DNA of 64,000 nt, taken from positions 3,140,875 to 3,204,874 of the forward strand of contig CAVNZM010000017.1 in NCBI GenBank assembly GCA_963693365.1, read 5' to 3'. The translations under genes were made by a program, and so were the position numbers. The notes beneath the pieces were generated by a model, which was not told the origin of the DNA, ran no database searches, and was given only the letters and a program-made list of their open reading frames with translations. The stretch comes from Amoebidium appalachense. Its lineage: Eukaryota > Protista > Ichthyosporea. Of the stretch, positions 53,170 to 62,096 are shown piece by piece; the stretch's first letter is position 1; each line of letters starts with the position of its first letter.

Positions 53170-53588
53170 CCCGAGATTACATCAATGACAAATATACGAT
53201 TCTACAACCCCGAATGAATTCTATCACTTGCACACGAAACAAGTACCCGAGAAATTACATCAATGACAAATATACGATTCTACAACCCCGAATGAATTCT
53301 ATCACTTGTACACGAAACAAGTACCCGAGAAATTACATCAATGACAAATATACGATTCTACAACCCCGAATGAATTCTATCACTTGCACACGAAACAAGT
53401 ACCCGAGAAATTACATCAATGACAAATATACGATTCTACAACCCCGAATGAATTCTATCACTTGCACACGAAACAAGTACCCGAGAAATTACATCAATGA
53501 CAAATATACGATTCTACAACCCCGAATGAATTCTATCACTTGCACACGAAACAAGTACCCGAGAAATTACATCAATGACAAATATACA
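53170..53588. repeat. 78-bp AT-rich tandem repeat, ~5.3 near-identical copies
   Basis: CCCGAGAAATTACATCAATGACAAATATACGATTCTACAACCCCGAATGAATTCTATCACTTGCACACGAAACAAGTA repeated. Confidence 0.95.
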
Positions 53589-53615
53589 CAGACACAGCAT
53601 CACCACGGCCATCCC

Positions 53616-55025
53616 CTACGGGCCCTGCCCCAGGCAGTCCTTCTTGTGCTCACCCCAATCGCGGGTCTGGCAGTCCCTGCTGCAGTAGTAGACGTGCTTA
53701 CAGGCCGAGCACTTCTTGGTGCGCCCGGTCGAGCCGCAGGTGGCACAGACGACAGAGGGCAGCTTGTCGATGAAGTGCTTGACGGCCCGGTCGCACCATT
53801 CAAACATACACATGTTGTCCATGTCGTACTCCGTGGACACGGGAAGAGTGCTCACCGCAAACTCCGCAATCTGCAGAACAGCCTCGGGCGTGGTGTGCGC
53901 GAGGCCGGAAGACGCGCACAGTACATGAAGCATCATTCTGAAGACAATACCGGCGCCCGTGCTGATGTTTCCGGCATAGAGGGCATTGTAGTCCCGCTCC
54001 TCCAGCACGTAGCGGTGGAAGACACAGTAGTGCCTAAAACACGCGAAGTAGGTAGCCATGTCGCGTTCGGCCGCAGTCACCGTTGGGTCGTTCACCCATC
54101 TCCGCTCCTCTATAGCACGCATCTCGCCCGCCAGGGTAGCCTCGCATTCCATGTAGCGCTCCTTGTTGCGAAACACACGCAGGTCGCCGCACTCCAGAAC
54201 TTTTAGCATCAGGTTGCAGACCGGGTCCGAGTGGAAACGCAAGTGGCTGTCCATGGTGTAGACCACGACCTCGTTTTTCGACACCGTTGGGTCTTGGTGG
54301 GTGGGTTGCTCCTTGCAGTCCTTCTTGTGCTCGGGCCACTTTTGTTTCATACAGATGTCATTGCAGAAGTAGGCGTTTCTGCAGCGGGTGCACTTCTTTG
54401 TGTCGACGGGCGAGCGGCACTGGAGACATGACACGGAAGGCAACTCGTTCACAAAGTGCTCGACGGCCCGGTTAGCCCAATCATTGTACACCACGTCGAC
54501 AATGTCCTTGCATAACGTATACGCACCCAAGGCGGAAGTGGCCGGCTCTTGACTGAAGTGGGCAGCGGGTCGGGCCTTGAGACCGGACCGCTCGCATAGC
54601 GCCGTCCCCACGAGCATGAAGAAGTCCTGAACCCCTTGACCGAGCGTGCCCTCGTGGAGAGCCTCATGGTCCGGCTTCCCCAGCACGTAGCGCTGGAAGG
54701 CGGCGTACATTGGGAACGCGCTGGAGTGCAGACAAGTGTCCCAGAGGGGCGGCACCCGCCCAGGCCCGCGGGGTTGTCTCTGCAAATGCAGCAGCAAAGT
54801 TTTCATGTCGTTTTCAAGGACTGAACGGAACGCAGCAAAGCTCTCCCGTGTTTCGAAGATGCGGAGGTCGCCGTCTCTCGCAACTTCCAGCAGCCGAGCG
54901 CTGGCAGGGTCCCGGTGGAGCCGATACTTGTCGTCCATGGCATAGACGACGACCGTGTCCGTGTCCGAGCCGGGGGGCTGGACGATGAAAGGCAAAGCCA
55001 CGGCCTCTTCAGGTGTTTGGTCCAT
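53616..55025 (-). CDS. Tandem-duplicated protein with two MYND zinc fingers
   Basis: MYND motifs CLQCRS..KKCTRCRNAYFCNDICMKQKWPEHKKDC and CATCGS..KKCSACKHVYYCSRDCQTRDWGEHKKDC. Each is preceded by a homologous ~190-aa domain (VVVYxMD...HxDP...GDLRxF). ATG at 55025. Confidence 0.85.
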   Translation of the reverse strand: MDQTPEEAVALPFIVQPPGSDTDTVVVYAMDDKYRLHRDPASARLLEVARDGDLRIFETRESFAAFRSVLENDMKTLLLHLQRQPRGPGRVPPLWDTCLHSSAFPMYAAFQRYVLGKPDHEALHEGTLGQGVQDFFMLVGTALCERSGLKARPAAHFSQEPATSALGAYTLCKDIVDVVYNDWANRAVEHFVNELPSVSCLQCRSPVDTKKCTRCRNAYFCNDICMKQKWPEHKKDCKEQPTHQDPTVSKNEVVVYTMDSHLRFHSDPVCNLMLKVLECGDLRVFRNKERYMECEATLAGEMRAIEERRWVNDPTVTAAERDMATYFACFRHYCVFHRYVLEERDYNALYAGNISTGAGIVFRMMLHVLCASSGLAHTTPEAVLQIAEFAVSTLPVSTEYDMDNMCMFEWCDRAVKHFIDKLPSVVCATCGSTGRTKKCSACKHVYYCSRDCQTRDWGEHKKDCLGQGP

Positions 55026-55426
55026 GCTTGTGCGTGAATGCCAGCGTGTGGTGATTTGTCTAGTGAAACGATCCGCTGAGAGAGTGTGTGAGAGAGAAAG
55101 CGAAAAAGTGACGCCTTTTGTAGTCAGTCCGATCAGCCATCTGAAAAGCACTGGTATGGCATGACCGTAGCGCCATTTGATTGGAGATCTCGCTAGATTA
55201 CGCCTCACGCGCTGATTGGTCAGCCGCGATTGGATCGTAAATATAAATTCCGATTGGATCATGTGGTTACTTCTCATGGTAAGTAAATTTTGATTCCATC
55301 AGATAAATCATGTCCATCCAATCAAAACGCGACAGCTGTCAGCCTTGCCCTGCCTGGCAGGTATAAAATGCCGCGACTCAGCGCTATGCTGACACTTTCC
55401 ACTCTTCCTGTTTCTCTTCACCAACA

Positions 55427-55903
55427 ATGTCCGGCACACCATCTGCAAAGGCCGGCCCTGACCCAGCCGGGCAGCCTGCCAGTCCACGGCCCCCAGGGTC
55501 ATTTGCCACGTGGCCTCCCGAATGGCAGCAGTACCTGTACGAGGAGGCAAAGCGTGACCGCTACCGTGCGCGCGCCAGCGAGCGGGAGATGCAGCTCAAG
55601 TACAAGGTGCTGCACAAGAAGTACAAGCGCCTCAAGACCAGCGTGAGCCTGTACCGTATGACATGGAGGAGCCTGAAGAACCTCAGCGACCCCGAGACCT
55701 CCGCCGAGGAGTCCCCCACCGAGGAGCGCCCCATTCGCATCTTGAGCTCCGAGGAGGAGCGCCTCCACAAGAAGCCCCCCGAGAAGAAGCGCGCGCGGTC
55801 GCCCGAGGACACTTCGGCGCCCACCGAGAAGAAGCGCGCGCGGTCGCCCGAGGACACTTCGGCGCCCACCGAGAAGCGCAGCCGTGCTGGACACGAGGAG
55901 TAA
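55427..55903 (+). CDS. Hypothetical basic nuclear-like protein with repeated EKKRARSPEDTSAPT
   Basis: TATAAAA at 55362, ACAATG start, AATAAA right after the stop, and NLS/SP-like repeats. Confidence 0.7.
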   Translation: MSGTPSAKAGPDPAGQPASPRPPGSFATWPPEWQQYLYEEAKRDRYRARASEREMQLKYKVLHKKYKRLKTSVSLYRMTWRSLKNLSDPETSAEESPTEERPIRILSSEEERLHKKPPEKKRARSPEDTSAPTEKKRARSPEDTSAPTEKRSRAGHEE

Positions 55904-56249
55904 ATAAAAATTGCCACTTCCTCTTCCACACCTGTGTTGTGGACCGTAGCGCTTGCATGCATGGTGCTGCTCGTGCTGCTTGCCGCGTGCTGGCGCTCAG
56001 GGGGGGGGGGGGGGTCTTGTTGTTTGTGTTAATGCACCCACAGCGTGCCCTTTGTGACACTTGCAGTGGGTTGTTGTTGTTGCCTTTTACAACCACCGCT
56101 CTGGACACAAGATCGAACAGCTATCAAATTGACCATATATATGACAAAGAAAAACAAGGTTGCCAAAGATCATTGTAGCAGTGCGTCCTCCGTCTTGGCG
56201 CGCCCTACGTCCCAGCGGTTTTTAGGTTCCATTAGCACTGCGATGCATA

Positions 56250-56564
56250 ATGTCTGTGTGTGCTCCCCGAGTTGCTGTGGAGGGGGCGCTCCAAACTATC
56301 TCTTCGGAAGGTATGACTTCTCCGAACATTGCAAACCTGAGATTTGACAACCCGAGTAACTCGTGGTTGCGCAGGGATGACATTGCCGCCGACCCGCACG
56401 AGTACCACCTGACCATCGACAACAACACGCGCTTCATGCTCTACATGGGCACTTCATTGGACGACCATGATGCACAGCTCAAGAGCGCTTCGATGTGGAG
56501 GGGCATAGCGCTTGCATGCATGGTGCAGCTCGTGCTGCTGGCCGGCCTGCTGGTGTACAGGTGG

Positions 56565-56567
<3 letters not shown>
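56250..56567 (+). CDS. Small protein with a C-terminal transmembrane helix
   Basis: Hydrophobic tail WRGIALACMVQLVLLAGLLVYRW. Confidence 0.5.
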
Positions 56568-56597
<30 letters not shown>

Positions 56598-56779
56598 TAT
56601 GATGGGTTGTTGTTGAAGCCGTTGAACCGTTGAGGTCCGCGAGATCACCCCACACACACACAGCCCGTCACACTTCTATTTTAAACAACCCCCCTTCAAC
56701 AGCTTCAACAGCTTTAACTCTTCAACAGGGTATAAAAGGAACATGCATGCTTTTTTTTCTTCAGTCTACTGTAAGCATC

Positions 56780-58231
56780 ATGAGAGCTCCACCATCTTAT
56801 GATGCATTCGAAGACCTTTCGGTTGACCATAGCATGTTGTTTGACCCCCACACATGTGTTCAACGCGCAAATTGGACTTTGGATGAGGTGTTTGCCTTTT
56901 TAAGCCCAAACATCGCATATGTCAGCAGGGAAGGTGCCTATCTGGTCAAGATTTATGACCAGGACACGAACCTGTACAAACACCATCGCAAGACAAAGGC
57001 TGCACTCCAAGAGTTTTTGGGAGCCTTTCTATTTCAGCTTGTTCCGCATGCAAACGGCAAACAGGATACGTACAACGGTGCAAACGTGTTGAAAACACCT
57101 TGCTTTCCATACTACACCTGTTTTGTTTTTGACCCGTCATCCCCAGACCCACGCACTGGAAACACGAAGCCAGCATACCTTGTCCAACGTTGCCGGGCAT
57201 ACAACATGTTCAAGGGATTGGCGCTACCCCACCAACCCGAGAACGTTTCTTGGCAGTCAGGTTCTGTCTCCCTGTTCGAACGCCACGCCTTTGAGGTGCT
57301 TTGCAACAATGACCGGGAGAGCTTTCATTATCTGATGCAATGGGTCGCACACATCTTCCAGTATCCTGAAGTCAAGTCTGGCACAGCGATTCTCATGAGA
57401 TCGATACAGGGAATAGGGAAAAACATCTGGTGGGAGATCATCGCCAACATCATTGGCAGTTGTTATTGTGGTTATATCACACACAGAGAGCATTTGGAGG
57501 GGAAGTTCAACGCGCATCTGGAGAACAAGCTACTGGTTGTGTGCGACGAAATGGGTCTTGGCAGTAACAGGGAAATTGCGAACCTGATGAAGGCTCGCAT
57601 CACCCAGCAGGTGAACATGATCGAGCGAAAGGGGCAGGACGCTGTGTGTGTGAAGAGTTTCGAACGCTATGTCTGGCTTTCAAACGAGAAATGGCCCGTT
57701 CGGGTGGAGGAATCGGACCGTCGTTGGGTGTGCTTGCAGGGGACCCCAGTGGTCTATCCAAGAGCCTACTACCAGAACTTTACACGGTTTTACGAAGACC
57801 CTGCAAACTTACAGGCTGTCTGTGACTACTTCATGAAGATGCCAAATGTTCCCCGTGTTCTTCCGCTTCCACCCAAGACTGAACTCTGGTGCGAACTGCG
57901 TGAAATGACACAGCCAGATGAACTCCTGTTTCTCAAAGATATGGCTACAGGCGCCGAGGGCATGTCTGTCGAGCAACTTCCCAATGGGGCCCGTGTTACA
58001 GCCACCACAATGCTGCATCTGTACAAGGAGTGGCTTTCACTCAACGGCAAGACCAAGAGCATCCCGTACGCCAGTGTGAAGAGCATGGGCTCCATGCTCA
58101 GCAAGATACTTGGACCCAACAAGGGAGTGCGAAACAACCACCTGATTGTTGCCCCTGGGATGCCCGCGTTGTCCCCAACCGGAACGTCGTACGCTTTTTT
58201 GTTCGACTACGAGAAGATCAAACAGGCCTAG
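56780..58231 (+). CDS. D5-like superfamily 3 helicase (DUF5906/phage-primase C-terminal type), with no recognisable primase domain
   Basis: YLMQWVAHIFQYP.KSGTAILMRSIQGIGKN (Walker A), GKFNAHLENKLLVVCDE (Walker B), WLSNE (motif C), ESDRRW (Arg finger), and a C-terminal LYKEW..N winged-helix-like segment. TATAAAA at 56731 supports the ATG at 56780. Confidence 0.88.
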   Translation: MRAPPSYDAFEDLSVDHSMLFDPHTCVQRANWTLDEVFAFLSPNIAYVSREGAYLVKIYDQDTNLYKHHRKTKAALQEFLGAFLFQLVPHANGKQDTYNGANVLKTPCFPYYTCFVFDPSSPDPRTGNTKPAYLVQRCRAYNMFKGLALPHQPENVSWQSGSVSLFERHAFEVLCNNDRESFHYLMQWVAHIFQYPEVKSGTAILMRSIQGIGKNIWWEIIANIIGSCYCGYITHREHLEGKFNAHLENKLLVVCDEMGLGSNREIANLMKARITQQVNMIERKGQDAVCVKSFERYVWLSNEKWPVRVEESDRRWVCLQGTPVVYPRAYYQNFTRFYEDPANLQAVCDYFMKMPNVPRVLPLPPKTELWCELREMTQPDELLFLKDMATGAEGMSVEQLPNGARVTATTMLHLYKEWLSLNGKTKSIPYASVKSMGSMLSKILGPNKGVRNNHLIVAPGMPALSPTGTSYAFLFDYEKIKQA

Positions 58232-58457
58232 CCATTCCCCAACGCTGCGCGGGGGCATGGGGGGCTGGGGGTGGCTGGGGGTGGCACACAGGGCATGGGG
58301 CCGGGGAGGAAGAGGAGGCACAGTGGTCTCACGGGCAGCACGAGGCAGGCGAGCCACGCATGCCCCTCACAGCCCCTCAGGAACCAACAGATGCTAGCTA
58401 TAGGGGGGGGGGGTACTTAAGCAGACCCGGGTTCATTTTCTCCCCATTCTTTCTACA

Positions 58458-58958
58458 ATGGACAACATGGACGATCTATACATGCAGATCGCCGCGGACA
58501 TGTCCGAGAACGAGCAGCGCAAACTGGCGACATACGAAGAGTTTGAGCGGACAACAGGCACGCGCAACAACTGGTTGGACGCAGACATTGTCGAGAATTA
58601 CGAGTGGACCGAGGAGCAGATCCACACGTTCTGTCGTACACTAGTGGCTTATTCCCGCCCGGACGGTGTGTACCTCTTCAAGCGTTTCAAGGATGGGAGA
58701 TTCGTCCATGAGGTCAAGTCCAAGAAGAAGGTGGCCGACATGCTGTCCAAGTACAAGTTCAAATACAACCCGACGGGCAAAAAGGTGGAAACATACAAGG
58801 GCTCATGGCATCTGGACAGCAGCCAAATGGTCGTCTACGACGGTGGTATTGTTTTCGACCCCAGCGACCCCGACCCCAAGACCCGTGTCCGTAACCAGCG
58901 ATACACGTCTACCCACAGCCGTACGTTCAACACTGCGGGGGCGCCTGGGGGGCCCTGA
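58458..58958 (+). CDS. Paralog of the helicase N-terminal domain only
   Basis: WTEEQIHTF..LVAYSRPDGVYLFK..KVETYKG..FDPSDPDPKT..RTFN aligns by eye with helicase WTLDEVFAF..IAYVSREGAYLVK..KQDTYNG..FDPSSPDPRT..RAYN. Confidence 0.8.
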   Translation: MDNMDDLYMQIAADMSENEQRKLATYEEFERTTGTRNNWLDADIVENYEWTEEQIHTFCRTLVAYSRPDGVYLFKRFKDGRFVHEVKSKKKVADMLSKYKFKYNPTGKKVETYKGSWHLDSSQMVVYDGGIVFDPSDPDPKTRVRNQRYTSTHSRTFNTAGAPGGP

Positions 58959-59088
58959 GGGGCATGCGAGGCACGCGAGGCCCGCGAGGCACGTGTGCCA
59001 CGGGAGCCACCCACAGCCCCTCAAGCCCTCACTGGTATGCACAGCATCGGGTGTCGTGGCTTGTATATTTTTTCTAGCGCCAACTACA

Positions 59089-59784
59089 ATGGCTAGCACG
59101 CTGTGTGACGAAGGTTTGGTGAGGGACCGACTTATGCGACTGGAGGGTGGGAAGAGCGAGGTGCATACTCCCGCCGGTAGGATCGACCTGCTGACGGACA
59201 CAGAAGTCATTGAAGTAAAGAAGGTTCAACGTTGGAAATCGGCAATGGGGCAGGTGCTTGCATACACAGATTACTACCCCACCCACCGTGCACGAGTCCA
59301 TCTATATGGCTACGCCCCCGCCAACACATACAAGGTAGCTGTGGAAACCATGATGCGCCATAACATTACCGTCACCACCGAGCATGATACACTGCAGCAT
59401 ATGTGGGGTCCACTCGCCAAAGCAGAAACTGCAAAACCCAAGAATGCCCAGCAGAAACAAGCCGAACAGCAATTTTTAAAAGATTTGGTCTCTCATACCA
59501 ATGGATGTGAGGACATGACTTTCATAAAGGATGACTGCCGCGTGACTTCATCTGACCTGTACCAACTATACCTTTCGTGGCATAAACGGAATACTTCTAA
59601 CACAGCTACTCCAAGTTTGAAAATCTTTGGCGTAAACCTCAGGAAGATTCTGGGAAAACCTATCGGCGTCAAAGCAAAAAGGGTGACGCGCTGGCCAGAC
59701 CACCCACGTGTGTCTGAAACAAACAATGTTCTGTATTGCTACAGGATCGACAGCCAGGTCATTAACAGCCAGGAGCAGTCGTGA
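59089..59784 (+). CDS. PD-(D/E)XK-type nuclease fused to a paralog of the helicase C-terminal (winged-helix-like) domain
   Basis: N-half EVHTPAGRIDLLTDTEVIEVK..WKSAMGQVLAY fits the E..D..ExK restriction-endonuclease-like motif common in large DNA viruses. C-half EQQFLKDL..RVT..LYLSW..N..SLKIFG..LRKILG..GV matches helicase ELLFLKDM..RVT..LYKEW..N..SVKSMG..LSKILG..GV. Confidence 0.8.
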   Translation: MASTLCDEGLVRDRLMRLEGGKSEVHTPAGRIDLLTDTEVIEVKKVQRWKSAMGQVLAYTDYYPTHRARVHLYGYAPANTYKVAVETMMRHNITVTTEHDTLQHMWGPLAKAETAKPKNAQQKQAEQQFLKDLVSHTNGCEDMTFIKDDCRVTSSDLYQLYLSWHKRNTSNTATPSLKIFGVNLRKILGKPIGVKAKRVTRWPDHPRVSETNNVLYCYRIDSQVINSQEQS

Positions 59785-59816
59785 TGGAATTTATTTTCTC
59801 CCACTTCTGTAACACA

Positions 59817-60062
59817 ATGTTCCTATGCACGTGCCGGTCTGACCGAGGCGCTGTCATGGTCAAGGAGTATAAGGTGTATCGGTGCACAGTCGACGGCTGC
59901 AGCTATTTCACCACCCGCAACAGCAACTTTGCCGCGCACAGCGACAAGCACACAGGCGCCCTGCGACACGTGTGCACGCATGCAGGGTGCGGGCGGCAGT
60001 TTCGGTATGCTCTGAGCCTCAAGCGGCACACCGCCAAGCACCAGAGCCCAACCCAAACCTAG
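59817..60062 (+). CDS. Small two-finger C2H2 zinc finger protein
   Basis: YRCTVDGCSYFTTRNSNFAAHSDKH-TGALRH-VCTHAGCGRQFRYALSLKRHTAKH, with a TGxxxH linker. Confidence 0.85.
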   Translation: MFLCTCRSDRGAVMVKEYKVYRCTVDGCSYFTTRNSNFAAHSDKHTGALRHVCTHAGCGRQFRYALSLKRHTAKHQSPTQT

Positions 60063-60197
60063 CGCCCAGGCCCGCGAGGCCCGCGAGGCACGCGAGGCAC
60101 GTGCGCCACAGGAGCCCCCCCAGGCCCCCAGGCCCCCAGGCCCCCAGCCCGGATGGGTGACCGAGGACGACAGATATGGACCCGACTCGGGGTGGGT

Positions 60198-61073
60198 TTA
60201 TTGACGCGCCGCGGCGGCCCAGGCAGCAAACGCCGTGCGGCCATCCGCAAGCGCCTGCGCGACCTTCCCGGGGTCGACGTCCATGGGCGACGCAAACAGC
60301 CTCCGCTCCGGAGCGACCACCACGAGGCGGTCTCCGAGGCGGGTGCGGAGGTTGGCGAACTCGGTGGCCGCTAGCTCGGTGCCCGAGTCACGCTGCAGAG
60401 CATAGCAGAGCTCCATGCCCGTTTTTGGCACGGATTCTGCGGGGCAGTGCGCCAGCGAGTCGCACAGCACCGTGACGTAGATGCCGTCGAACCCATCTGC
60501 GGCATCCTCGAGTGCCTTGGTGAGGGGCACCAGCTCAGAGACCCCGCCGTCCAGAAACACGGTGCCGTCGTACTCGACGGGGGGGACCGCGAGTGGAAGG
60601 GCCGAAGACGCGCGCATGCCGACCTGGTACTCGGGCCCTGTGAACCACCGCTCCTTCTTGTTGAGGAAGTCCCAGGCGACGCAGTGGCAGCGCGTGTAGA
60701 TGTCCGCGTCGATGCCCTCCAGAAGCGCCGCCGCACGCTCCTGCAGGGTGAAGCGGCTGTACGCCGCCCCGTACAGCAATGACCCCACAACCGTCCTCCA
60801 ACTTTTCGGAAGCAGCGCCATTGCGCCGCCCCACGGTTCCACAATGTCCTCCACGCACTTCAGCTTCCCCAGCTCGCGCGCCAGGTCGTCCAGGCGGTCG
60901 GCAACCACGAACGGCGCCACCAGCGCGCCGACGGACGTGCCGTACACCCTGTCGACCTGGTACAGCCCCGACGCGAGCATCCCCTGCATGAACCCGACTT
61001 GGAAGCAGCCCTTGACGCCGCCCCCGGGCAGCAGGATCCGCACACGTGTCCTGGCTTGGGAGGGTGTGTCCAT
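60198..61073 (-). CDS. Patatin-like phospholipase
   Basis: LPGGGVKG (oxyanion loop), GTSVG (GxSxG nucleophile) and FLDGG (catalytic Asp). ATG at 61073. Confidence 0.92.
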   Translation of the reverse strand: MDTPSQARTRVRILLPGGGVKGCFQVGFMQGMLASGLYQVDRVYGTSVGALVAPFVVADRLDDLARELGKLKCVEDIVEPWGGAMALLPKSWRTVVGSLLYGAAYSRFTLQERAAALLEGIDADIYTRCHCVAWDFLNKKERWFTGPEYQVGMRASSALPLAVPPVEYDGTVFLDGGVSELVPLTKALEDAADGFDGIYVTVLCDSLAHCPAESVPKTGMELCYALQRDSGTELAATEFANLRTRLGDRLVVVAPERRLFASPMDVDPGKVAQALADGRTAFAAWAAAARQ

Positions 61074-61105
61074 GTTGATGTAGGGCGCGATAAGAGTTGA
61101 CGGCT

Positions 61106-62096
61106 TCATTCCAAATCCAGGGCGTTGCACACCGAGACCAGGTTTGCCCTTGCGCAGTCCAGCACGAAGGCCGCCAGCTCGGAGTAGTCGTGGGGGGGCG
61201 GCTGGCTCTGCGCGGCCAGCAGCAGCGAGTGGTAGCGCTCGCGGGAGCTGCGGTCTGTGTACAACGAGAGGGGAACGGCAATATAGGGCGAGAGCAGCAC
61301 GCTGACCAACAGACGGGCGACGCGCCCGTTGCCGTTGCTGAACGGGTGGATGTAGAGGAACTCCCCGAGGAAACGGGCGGTGACCTGTATGGCACCGAGA
61401 ACGTCATTGCAGCCTTGGAGTTCGGTGCGTGTCCTTTCGAACAGGCGCTTGAGAGCCTCTTCGATCTTGAACGGTGCAAGGTACTGATGACTGCAGCCTG
61501 CGGGAAGCGCAAAGCGCACCCGATACCGTCCAGCGCTATCGAGCAGCCCGTCCATGACCTTGCGATGGACCTCCCTAGCGAGCTCCACCGTAAACGTGCC
61601 TGGATCAATCCCCTTCCAAACCCAAGGTGTGGGGAACAGCTCGCGAACTGCTATAACGACGTTTTTCAGTTTCTTCGATGAGCGCGTGTGTTCGGACGTT
61701 TCATCGGGGCAGGAGATCAGCCTCTCAATATGTTCGACTGGGACCTTTTCGTTTATTTCCAATTCCATCAGGTGCTTGATGTATAACACTAGGTGGTGCG
61801 TTGTGTATCCCTGCATGAACAAAGCGCTGCTCATATCGTTATCCAAAAACGTGCGCACCAGGTGGAGGCAGCGCACAACCGCCCCTTCGCTGAGTTGAGA
61901 CATCACGGTGTTGAACCGACAGATAAAGTACCACAAACTATCAAAATCGACCTTTACGTCACACGGCAACAACCCGGCCCATATCCACCTGCGCGTTCAC
62001 CACCCTGTTCTCCTGCCCCCCGCCCCCTACCCAGTCCACCGATTTCTACACAAACCAGAGAGAACACGGCAGTGCCCATGAACGTTTGGCCCGCAT
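61106..62096 (-). CDS. Fic/Doc-domain protein (AMPylase-like), probably 2 exons (62056-62096, 61106-61988)
   Basis: Fic motif IHPFSNGNGRVAR plus EVHRKVM..AGRYR. A 67-nt GT-AG intron (61989-62055) joins the ATG at 62096 in phase to the main ORF, which otherwise lacks an ATG for its 5' part. Confidence 0.85.

Noticed and set aside
53163-54206. 347-aa ORF with repeated PRNYINDKYTILQPRMNSITCTRNKY
   Set aside because: The 78-bp unit is a multiple of 3, so the frame can stay open by chance. It starts at TTG, and the rest is the antisense shadow of the MYND gene.
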